From a virus: a DNA stretch of 64,000 bases. The notes beneath the pieces were generated by a model that saw only the letters and a list, made by a program, of their open reading frames with translations, made no database searches and was not told the DNA's origin. Positions 49,120 to 58,200 of this stretch are shown piece after piece (the first letter of the stretch is position 1; the number at the start of each line of letters is the position of its first letter). The stretch lies in the IMG/VR virus record IMGVR_UViG_3300044742_000097, positions 6,146 to 70,145 of that record. One strand, 5' to 3'. The position numbers were made by a program, and so were the translations under genes.

Positions 49120-49936
49120 GGGCAAAAAGAAGAAGTCAGTTACTGTCTCAATGAGCGGCGTCGAGTCCGGCGGCCGTTCGATCGAGGATGGCTGGGCGCA
49201 TGGCCGAGTCAAAGAGGCCGAGCTGACTACCTCGAAGAACGACAACGAGATGTTCGCCTTGAAGTGGGACGTAACCCGCGGAAAGGAGAAGGCGACGGTA
49301 TTCGACAACGTCGTTCTCACGCCCAACGCGCTTTGGAAAGCGAAGACCCTGCTCGAAGCCTGCGGCGTCGAAGTCCCAGACGACGACATGGAACTCACCG
49401 AGGACATGTTCGTGGATCTCGAATGCGATGTCGAGATCACCAACGAGGAGTTCGAGGACAAGGTCCGTCCACGCATCACCGGCTTCCGTGCGCCCGAGGG
49501 AACGGATGATGAAGACGAAGAGGACGATGACGACGAAGACGAGGATGAAGAGGAGGACGAGGACGAAGATGACGAGGAGGAGGCACCTCCCAAGAAAAAG
49601 GGCAAGAAGAAGCCCAAGCCTCAAGAGGACGACCCTGAAGAGGACGAGGAGGAAGACGACTCCGACGATGACGATGATGAAGACGACGAAGATGACGAGG
49701 AGGAGTCCGACGACGACGATGAGGATGAGGACGACGAGGAGGAAGACGAGAAGCCCAAGAAGAAGAGCAAGAAGAAAGCAAAGAAGCTCCGCGCGGGCAT
49801 GAAGGTCAAGTTCAAGGACGACAAAGACAAGGCTCGGTCCGGCGTCATTACCTCGATCGACGGCGACATCGTCTACGTCGAGGACTCCAAGCAGACGGAG
49901 TGGGAGCTGGAAGAGGACGAGATCGAACTCGCCTGA
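49094..49936 (+). CDS. DUF669-like ssDNA-binding protein with long acidic tract
   Basis: SKN.NEM....W.V...ALWK.K.LL.ACG; D/E low-complexity region. Confidence 0.7.
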   Translation: MARPKPARKGKKKKSVTVSMSGVESGGRSIEDGWAHGRVKEAELTTSKNDNEMFALKWDVTRGKEKATVFDNVVLTPNALWKAKTLLEACGVEVPDDDMELTEDMFVDLECDVEITNEEFEDKVRPRITGFRAPEGTDDEDEEDDDDEDEDEEEDEDEDDEEEAPPKKKGKKKPKPQEDDPEEDEEEDDSDDDDDEDDEDDEEESDDDDEDEDDEEEDEKPKKKSKKKAKKLRAGMKVKFKDDKDKARSGVITSIDGDIVYVEDSKQTEWELEEDEIELA

Positions 49937-49939
49937 TTC

Positions 49940-51325
49940 GTGCTCCGAACTGAGTTAAGGCCCTACCAGGGCGAAGCCGTTTCGCGTGCTTTAGAGTACG
50001 ACGGCTTCGCTCTCATTCCCGAGCAGCGTACCGGGAAGTGTTTGATCGCGTTCGCTGTAGCCGATGCTCGAAAGCCCGATGTCCTTTTCGTAGTTTGCCC
50101 GAAGAAGGCTATCAGGGTTTGGAGAGAGCAGCTAAAGGAACATATCAAGTTCGACTGGCCTTGCGAAAAGGTTCTAATCCACTACGAGGGGCTTTGCCGA
50201 TCCGCGAAGGATCGCAGGTGGTGGAGGAATCGGTTTCGCAAGACCTGGGCAGGTAAGAAGATCCTCACGATCGTAGACGAGGGGCACCGGATCAAGGGCC
50301 GAGGATCGCTCCAGTCTACCATGATCCGCTCGCTCGGTAAGATGTCCAAGTACCGTCTGCTCTTGACGGGGACGCCCGTCGACAAGGTCCGCGAGGACGC
50401 CTGGGCGATCATGGATTTCGTACAGCATGGAGCCCTGGAAGATACCTGGGAAGAATTCTCAGACCGCTATCTCAAGTACGACGTAGCTCAGAACAAGAAG
50501 AGCAAGAGGTTCTACAAGATCGTCACGGGATACCGGAACTCCAAGCGGTTCCGAAAGATCTTCCAACAATACAGCTACCGGGTAACGCTACGAGAAGCCC
50601 AGAGGAGTACCGGGCTGCGGCCCTACCTCGTTCGGAGGCGCGTTGTTCGGTTCGACCTTAAGCCCGAGTCGCGCCGGATCTACAACGAGCTAGAAACCGA
50701 TCTAAAGACCGAGGTGCGAAAGAAGAAAGTCAGTACCCCGTTGGTTGTTACCCTCGTCTCGAAGCTCCAACAGCTGACGGGCGGGTATCTGATCCATAAG
50801 GAACCAATATACGATGAAGACGATATCCCCGTCCTTACTCCCCGGGGGAAACCGAAAATAATCAAAAGCATCATTCCCATCGGACGGGAAAAGCTGATAG
50901 AGTTAGTCAAAGTCGTAAAGCGCTACCCGAAACGAAAGAAGCTTGTTATATGCGTCCAGTACACTCACGAGATCGAACGCATCGGCCGTCAGATAGAGAG
51001 GCTGGGCCGCTCATGGAAGAGGCTAGCGGGTGGAGAGTACTTCGACGGCAAGTTCGACGCCGATACGATACTGATGCAGATCCGGTCCGGAGAAGCAGTG
51101 GACTTGGCGGAGGCCGATACGTTCCTCATGTACAGTTGGGACTACTCCAACATCAGTCATGAGCAAGCGAAGTTCCGAATCCTAGAATTCACCACGAAGC
51201 GGGTTACTTACATCTACTTCATGGCGAACGAGAGCGTAGACGAACAGATCTACGAAGCAGTCCGAAAGAAGAAGAGCATAACAAGTCTGGTAATCGATAA
51301 ATACCGAAAGCGGAAGAAACGATGA
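49940..51325 (+). CDS. SF2 (SNF2-like) helicase
   Basis: LRPYQ, TGK, DEGH.IK, LTGTP, KLQQL.GG, QA..RI. Confidence 0.85.
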   Translation: MLRTELRPYQGEAVSRALEYDGFALIPEQRTGKCLIAFAVADARKPDVLFVVCPKKAIRVWREQLKEHIKFDWPCEKVLIHYEGLCRSAKDRRWWRNRFRKTWAGKKILTIVDEGHRIKGRGSLQSTMIRSLGKMSKYRLLLTGTPVDKVREDAWAIMDFVQHGALEDTWEEFSDRYLKYDVAQNKKSKRFYKIVTGYRNSKRFRKIFQQYSYRVTLREAQRSTGLRPYLVRRRVVRFDLKPESRRIYNELETDLKTEVRKKKVSTPLVVTLVSKLQQLTGGYLIHKEPIYDEDDIPVLTPRGKPKIIKSIIPIGREKLIELVKVVKRYPKRKKLVICVQYTHEIERIGRQIERLGRSWKRLAGGEYFDGKFDADTILMQIRSGEAVDLAEADTFLMYSWDYSNISHEQAKFRILEFTTKRVTYIYFMANESVDEQIYEAVRKKKSITSLVIDKYRKRKKR

Positions 51326-51759
51326 AGATGTCCAAAGTACTCGAAGCCATCCGGGAGGAACTGAAGAAGCCCCTCCCCGAGCCGAGAGTTGTTGTAACCA
51401 AGAAGGAGAGAAAGAAAGTGGCCAAGAAAGCAAAGAAGATCGAGGACGACGACGAGGACACCGGTCGCGACGATGACGACGAGGATGAAGGCGACGAGGA
51501 CGACGACGAGGACGACGCCCCCAAGTCCAAGAAGGGCAAGAAGGCGGCCAAGTCCGCAAAGGGCAAGTCTTCCAAGAAGTCGAAGTCGTCCGACGACGGC
51601 GTTTCCATCCAGGAGCTGGCCGAAGAGGCCGGAATCAACGCGCAGTCCGCTCGCGTGAAGCTCCGCGACGCCGAGTTGGGCAAGCCCGACGGCGGCCGCT
51701 GGCGCTGGAAGGAAGGGTCCAAGGACCTCAAGGCCGCACGCAAGGCGCTGGGTCTCTAG
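51322..51759 (+). CDS. acidic/basic HTH-like protein (paralogue family)
   Basis: VSIQELAEEAGINAQSARVKLR...RWRW. Confidence 0.65.
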   Translation: MKMSKVLEAIREELKKPLPEPRVVVTKKERKKVAKKAKKIEDDDEDTGRDDDDEDEGDEDDDEDDAPKSKKGKKAAKSAKGKSSKKSKSSDDGVSIQELAEEAGINAQSARVKLRDAELGKPDGGRWRWKEGSKDLKAARKALGL

Positions 51760-51767
51760 TCGATCAC

Positions 51768-51852
51768 GGACGCTGGAACAAGGTTCCGTGGTAGCGTACG
51801 GCCGGGAACGGAAACAGCTACCACCCGTCGGTGAGTACACTACGGGGCGTCC
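51768..51852 (+). ncRNA. candidate structured RNA, perfect four-way junction
   Basis: Four stems with no unpaired junction bases (see findings). Confidence 0.5.
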
Positions 51853-52078
51853 TTTCCAGGAGAGCAATGATGGCTCGTAAGAAAACAACTCGAAAGAATC
51901 ATGGCATTATCGCCATTCATCTCGATGGCTTCTGGAACCCTACCAAGGGTCACCCGGAGTATCGAGGCTCGCTGAAACTCGGAACGGACGAACTCGACGT
52001 GTCGCTCTGGGTCAAGCAGAGACACCCAGGCTCGCCGATTCCAATGCGAATGACGGGTGAGGTTACTCTCAAGCCGAG

Positions 52079-52546
52079 ATGAACCGCAGAGGATTTCTCA
52101 AGTCCCTTGGGGGTGCCGCTATCGCAGCGGCGCTTCCTTTGCCTGCTGTTTCGGAATCGACCTTTACTCCTACCTGGACTGAAGTCTCTCGCCGCATCTA
52201 CACCGATGAGCTGGGCGCGGCGATTGGCGCTCGGTACTCTGAGCTGCTGGCGCTATCGTTGAGACAGACGAAAGAGGAGCTCATAGCGCAGATCGCAACC
52301 CGTCTCTACACCGAACCACGTTTAGAAAAACTATGTCGGAAACTAATCTCTGGGATTGGCTGCGACCCTACCTCCCTCGTGGCCACTATACCAGAATCGA
52401 GACCGGAGACACCGGTCCGGGAACCCCTGACGTACACTACCGTATCCAGAGTGCTTCGGGGTGGCTCGAACTCAAAGATGCTCGACATCCCAACGCAGAC
52501 GTTCCCTTCCCCAACGAACGAGTCGGACTACATCGAAGCCAGATAA
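52079..52546 (+). CDS. twin-arginine-signal protein with major-capsid-like segment
   Basis: MNRRGFLK + hydrophobic stretch; IGARYSELLALSLRQTKEELIAQI; 3' part overlaps the next gene. Confidence 0.6.
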   Translation: MNRRGFLKSLGGAAIAAALPLPAVSESTFTPTWTEVSRRIYTDELGAAIGARYSELLALSLRQTKEELIAQIATRLYTEPRLEKLCRKLISGIGCDPTSLVATIPESRPETPVREPLTYTTVSRVLRGGSNSKMLDIPTQTFPSPTNESDYIEAR

Positions 52547-52761
52547 TCTGGATCCGAGAGCACGTCGAGTTCGGCGGGCTGGTGTATGTCGTCGCCCGGG
52601 TCGGCGCACGGATCTATTTCATCCCGGGCAAGTATGGGAACTCCTTCAACGGAGCACCCCTCCATCGCCTCAAGCACTTCTCTGTTCTAACCATCGACCA
52701 AACCGATCCGGGTTATGCTCTAAAGAAAATCAAACAAACCCTTGAAGGAGACAGACGCTAA
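52333..52761 (+). CDS. VRR-NUC/Holliday-junction-resolvase-like nuclease
   Basis: SE..L, RIE, GTPD, WLELK, Q..W. Confidence 0.75.
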   Translation: MSETNLWDWLRPYLPRGHYTRIETGDTGPGTPDVHYRIQSASGWLELKDARHPNADVPFPNERVGLHRSQIIWIREHVEFGGLVYVVARVGARIYFIPGKYGNSFNGAPLHRLKHFSVLTIDQTDPGYALKKIKQTLEGDRR

Positions 52762-54839
52762 TGGACATTCGAATCTGCACCTATCTCGATCCCCGTCAGA
52801 TCGCCCGATGCACCGAGTGTGGTGTAACCGCCGATCTCTGCCTGTGTCCACAGGTAAGTGAGCTCGCCCACCGCCGACTCTCGACCCCAGCCGGGAAATT
52901 CCTCCAGTCGGTCTTCGCACAGGCCGAAACCAGCCAGCCCAGCGACAACCTATTCGAGCGTTTGAATTGGGAGTTCGGTGATCTCGGAATGAAACTCGTC
53001 AGACACAATCGAACTCGCGATCCCTCTCCTGAGGAGATCTATGCCGCTATGGTGAAGATCGCCGCCGGTCTCACTCGCCTCGCGACCGAGGGAACGGACG
53101 AATACGCCTATCCATCAGGGTGAATTCTGTGTAAATTGATGTTCTCAAAGCGCGTATAATCGGAGATACGGCGCGGAATTCCCCGCGCTCGGTGAGGAGA
53201 CTAAAATGGGAAAGCCAAAGAGAGATGACCGCGACACGAAGGAGTTCACGCGGCGAGTCAAGAAGGTAGGGAAACACGTCGTAGAGCTTCGGAAGCTGAT
53301 CCAGACGGACAAGCAGGCTAAGGACCTGGATCGGATGACCGACGCGCTTACGTCGATTGAGAGGGATCAGAAGCCGCTACCCGCGTGAGCCATGGAGGCT
53401 CCAAGCGTCCGGTTCATTCCGACGGATCGGAGTACCGAGCACGGCTGGAACGGGAACAAACCAGCCCTCTGCTTCATGGGCGAACGGTGCGCCCACTGCG
53501 TAGTGTTCCTAGAAACCGAGGTTGGAACGATCGACCTACCCCTGGAGGTGGTAGCCGCCTGTCGACCGGTCTCTGACCCTTTCGGACCTGGCGTTCCGTA
53601 TGCGCCCGCGAAGTTTGTCGATCGCGTACTCAAGAGCGGGAAGCCTCTATCGCTGGAGGCCCGCTCGCTGTTGCAGTCGATGAACGGAAAGCGGAAGTCC
53701 TTGCCCCCGAACAGACCAAAGGTCGAGGTCAGGGTCTCTGCTACTGCCCCCCCGAAGGCTCCTCTGAAGACCGCCGGAGCCGAGCTAATCATCAAGTTAG
53801 CCACGGAGTGGAAGCTACCTAGCCCCAAGCTCCGTCGGTATCTCAGATCCCAGGGCCTACACGCTCCTTACACAGAGGAGAGGTCCCTGCGCGCGGTCCT
53901 CAAGAAACTGAAAAAAGGAAAGTCGAAATGAAAAGGAGAAGATCCAAACGGGTGGGCAGGTGCCGACTCTGCGGAGACTCGGGCGAGCTTACGCAAGGGC
54001 TCGACTCGAAGTGCTACAGCAGTACTCGACACTGGTCGGCTAACAAGACAGAACCAGAAAGAGATAAGTACCAAGCCAAGCTCCGTCTCCGTCTCGTACG
54101 GATGAAGGCGCTCGATGATGGTACCGTTACGTTCAACCACATCGGAGAGACTGCCAATGATAAAGTTCGTCGCACTTATCGAGGGGCCAGACCTAGAGCG
54201 AAAGCTAAGCCTGCTCCTCGACGCGGCCAAGGTCGCGGGGGTTCCCATGGAGCTGGGAGTAGTCGTCGCCGACCTGCCCTCTCGGCGGAAGTCCCAGCGA
54301 AAAGGACGATCAACTAAGGGAGCCAAGCGACCGAAGCGGCACCCAGGTAAGATGTCCGTGAAGCTCGGGACTCGCCCGGAGGGACCGCCTAGGCTGGTCG
54401 AGGTTCACCAGACTCTCTACAAGGAGTTCGGCACCGTACCCTTCGAGAAGCGACTGGCCAAGGGAGTCCTCATCAAGAAACTGAAGATGACGGGAGCCTC
54501 GGGCCAGGTCTCGGCCTTGATGAATCGGGGGGGTCTGGTCCCGGCGTAGGACCGATGGGGAGGAAGCGTTTGGGGGGCCTTCGGGCTCCCCTCTTTTTTC
54601 AGGAGATAGCGATGGGCAAGAAGAAATTCACGTCAGGTCAGAAGGCAGCTCGTAAAGAGAAGCGTGTTGCGGAGATGGTCGAGAGCTTTGTGGAGGACTT
54701 GGACTCAGATATCGATGCTCAGGTCCGAGAGCTATCGATCGAGGACTACGTGAGATGGTTATCCGAATTCACGGAGGCAGTCAATACCATGCTCCGGGGA
54801 CGGATCGAGGCGGCCAAGGAAGACGTGGAGAGGGGTTAA
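52761..54839 (+). other. small hypothetical genes ending the plus-strand block
   Basis: ORFs 52761-53123, 53206-53388, 53392-53931, 54115-54549 and one ending at 54839; TATAAT near 53155. Confidence 0.5.
54571..54599 (+). terminator. intrinsic terminator
   Basis: GGGGGCC-TTCG-GGCTCCC then a T run. Confidence 0.65.
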
Positions 54840-55297
54840 CGGGGCTTTCTGGCTTGGGTATGGAGACGGTCTAGCCGGTCCTTAGCCTCATGGTATACCG
54901 TACCCGATAGAGCAAGTCGCGGGTTGACGCCGCGTCCGGGCCTAGGCCGCGTTTTGGAGGGGGGGGTCTTAGCGCGGGTAGCGGGTCTACCCGACAACGC
55001 CGCTCCCGGCCGCGTAGGCTTCGCCGCTAGGCCGCTCCCGGCGTAGACCGAGGCGCCTAGCGCGCCGACGCGAGCTGTGGAGCCTAGGGTGGAGGCTTTA
55101 CCCGGTCCCGGGGATCTCGGAGCCCTACCCGTTAGAGCCTCCAGCCCAGAGCCGGTAATGCGGCCTCCCCCAGCGTAACCCTGGGAGTCCGAGATGAACT
55201 TCCGAGCCACTGCCTTACTTGGTCCGCCCTTCCGAGGCTTCATACCATGCGCGATGGCTTGGAAGAATCGTTCCTGCTTCTTGCTCTTAAAGGGCAT
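54836..55297 (-). CDS. basic virion-associated protein
   Basis: MPFKSKKQERFF.A.AH start; YAGGGRI motif. Confidence 0.55.
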   Translation of the reverse strand: MPFKSKKQERFFQAIAHGMKPRKGGPSKAVARKFISDSQGYAGGGRITGSGLEALTGRAPRSPGPGKASTLGSTARVGALGASVYAGSGLAAKPTRPGAALSGRPATRAKTPPSKTRPRPGRGVNPRLALSGTVYHEAKDRLDRLHTQARKPR

Positions 55298-58200
55298 CGT
55301 AGGACTCCCTGAATGAGCCTTCGATCAGCCACCGGAGTTCGGCAGCCTCGGCCCAGGTCAGCTCCGGATATGCTTGCTTGAGATCGTCGATCTGGTACTC
55401 GCGTCGATCGTCCAGGATCGAGTCGTCGGCGGCAAGTTCATCGAAGATCTTCCGAACTTGTGAAGACGCTTCCAGGTCCTCGGGATCGTAGACCAGCTCT
55501 TGCTCGCTCTCCTGCTTGATTCGCTTGCGAAGCTCCTCTTTAACCTGCTCAATCGGAACTCCCAGCTCGTCGGCGGCCTCCTGAATAGTGTGCTGCATGT
55601 TTTCGTTCTCGACATGATACTCGACCAGGTCCTTCGTACTCGACCGAGCCGGTGGCATCTCGTCTTGGTCATGGACGTATTCGGCTTCTCGCAGATAGTT
55701 CCGCTCGCCCCGGACCCACGACATGACGTTATCGATCGGATCAGACATTTGATCCGAGAGGTCCTTGTCGGTCCCCTGGCTGTAATCGATTCCATGCTCG
55801 TTGAGTACGTCCAAGAGTTGCTGAATATCCTCGAACTCGGACGACTCTCCTGGCTTGGTCGGGTTTGGCTCTAGACCCTCGGCCATGTGATTGACGAGGT
55901 TCCGCCAGGCGGCTGCGGCGGTCGGTCCCCAGGCTCCGCGCTCGTAGCCCTCCTTGTCATTCATCCGAGCGATCACGCCCATGATCGGAGCGGCTACGTC
56001 TTCGACGGCCGCAGCTACCGGAGCGTCCGCTCCCGAGAGCAAAGCCATCGGATCGAACTGGATCGGATTCGCGAGCGAGGCCATGCCCTTAAGCACGTCC
56101 CGCCTGGACACCGGCGTCTCTGCTAGTGAGGGCTTGGCTTTCCCTTCTAACTCCTGCAGCTGAACCTCTAACGGCGGCTGCTCGATCGACTCGACCGGAT
56201 TCGCTGACGTATCGAGAGGAGCCAACTCCTTTCCGGTGCCCTCGACATTCGGGTTCGACAGCATCCCCGAGACCATCTTACGCAGATCCATCAGGCTGAC
56301 GCCCTTCGGCGGGACCTTGCCGCCCTTCGCGTGCTTGGTCGGTTCCTCCTGTACGTCTTCGAGCTTATAGATCAAGTCGTAGATGCGCTTGGCCTTCTCG
56401 TCGTTCTTGATGAATCCCTTCTCGTCCATCTGCCCCGATCGAATACCATGCGACAGGTCGTCAGCGATATCACCAAGCCTCTCCCGTAGCTTACCGATGA
56501 TTCGATCCGCTCTGACTATCCGACCACCTTTCGCCTTTTTTGTGGGTTTGTAGGGAGAGATATGCTCAATTCCGATCCGCTTCAGCAGTTCGGGATCTAG
56601 CTCGGTTTCCGGTCGATCGAGACTATCCAGAATCTTTTGCAGCTCCTGAACATCAGCCTTTAGTTTCGGCTTGAAAGGAACTATCTTCCCACCCTTCGCT
56701 TTCCGAACCATCGAAGTCTCCTCTTTCGGAGACTCGATTATACTCGTCCTTGCTTCCAGAGCGTCAAGCAACTTCTCGGCTTCTTCAAGCGAAACCGCGC
56801 CCGATTTCACCGCCCCGAGCAGTTGACTCTTCCGTAGTCCTGGGCCGATAACGGGATCCATCTCGAAGCTTTCGTCAGAGGTCTGCCGAACATCTCCGTG
56901 CTCGCTGTCCTCGGGGTGGTCGCCCTGGCTCATGATCTTGTCGACGGCACTGCGAAGCGCCGTACCGAAGGCCGTGCCTTGGAGATAGTTCAACGGAGAG
57001 GCTTCGATCATCGGTCCAAAGAACTCGATACCAGCTCGGGGAACCAGAGACGCGGCTTGACCGATCCGACCGAGAACCGGACCGGCAGCCTCACGAGCGT
57101 ACTTGCCTGCTGCTGCGAACGGAGCCTTCAGCGCCTTGAACGTCCCGCCCGGGACCGGCGGCTGTGTAAGCATCGTCGCAGCGCTCTCAAGCGCGTACTC
57201 GCCTGGGGTGTCCGCCGGATCGTAGTCCATCCGAGCCATGATCTCGTCCAGCGCCTTATCGCTGCGCGCCCCAGCCTCCTGCGACCACTGCGGTCCGCGA
57301 GTCCCGAACCACTGCGCGAACCAATCTGGAAGCTCCAGGGTTTGGTCTACGATCCCCGGCAGCGGAGCCGGTGCGCTGTGTACGCTCGGGTCATGGATGA
57401 AAGGCAGTCGGACATTACCCTCCTCGTCGGTCGCGTAGAGACTCGACGCTCCGGTGCCCAAAAACCGACGGGTGTCCTGCTTGCTCTGTGTCCGCGCGGA
57501 ACCGAGGTCCGCGATCCGTTGCGCGTAGTCCTCTGGGTACTGATCCTTAAGCGCTCGCTTGGTCTCGTCGGGAACACCGCCGGGGAGCATGAACTCGTTC
57601 CACCAAGTCGCTAGATTACGCAGCTCATCAAGGCCGGTCGGTCCCTTGTCTACCGCGCCACCCTCAGCCTTCTTGGCTCTACCTCCCTTTGCCATACCCT
57701 CGGGCTCCTCTTCCTGGTCTAGCATTTCAAGACCAGCTGCAGCGGCGGGCGCGGCCCACAGCGAAACACCAGCATCCTTAATCCGCTGCTTGACCTCGGG
57801 CGTTAGCTTTAGTGCGGGGAACGACTCGACTCCCTCCAACCCGAGCTTGGGATTGTCCTCATAGGTCTTCTTGGAATAGAGCGAGTACATCGTATCCGCG
57901 ATATCCTTGTACTCGTTGAACAGCTCGCGAATCCGGCTGTTCGTTCTCATCATGTATCGGTTCCACTCGTCGGCGGACATGCGTTCACTCGGTCGATCGT
58001 GCTGAGCGTTATCAGCCTGATCCTGCTCGTCCATGATCTTGGCAATCTCGCCCCCGATTGCGCTCCCACGCTCTCGCATCTCGTCGGGAACCGCCCCGAC
58101 ATCGATCTGGTGCAGGTAGGTATTCAAGGCCGTAAGAGAGCCTGCGCTCTCGTTCTGGCGAACGAAGTCAATGAACTCGTTGGTATCTTCGACACCGAAC

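Noticed and set aside
48712-49869. Poly-Ser minus-strand ORFs
   Set aside because: Reverse complement of the Asp/Glu codon tract of the DUF669-like gene.
51768-51858. tRNA or hairpin ribozyme call
   Set aside because: No T-loop TTC motif or anticodon arm, CCA is offset by extra bases, and the hairpin-ribozyme loop A and full loop B are absent. Kept only as an unknown RNA.
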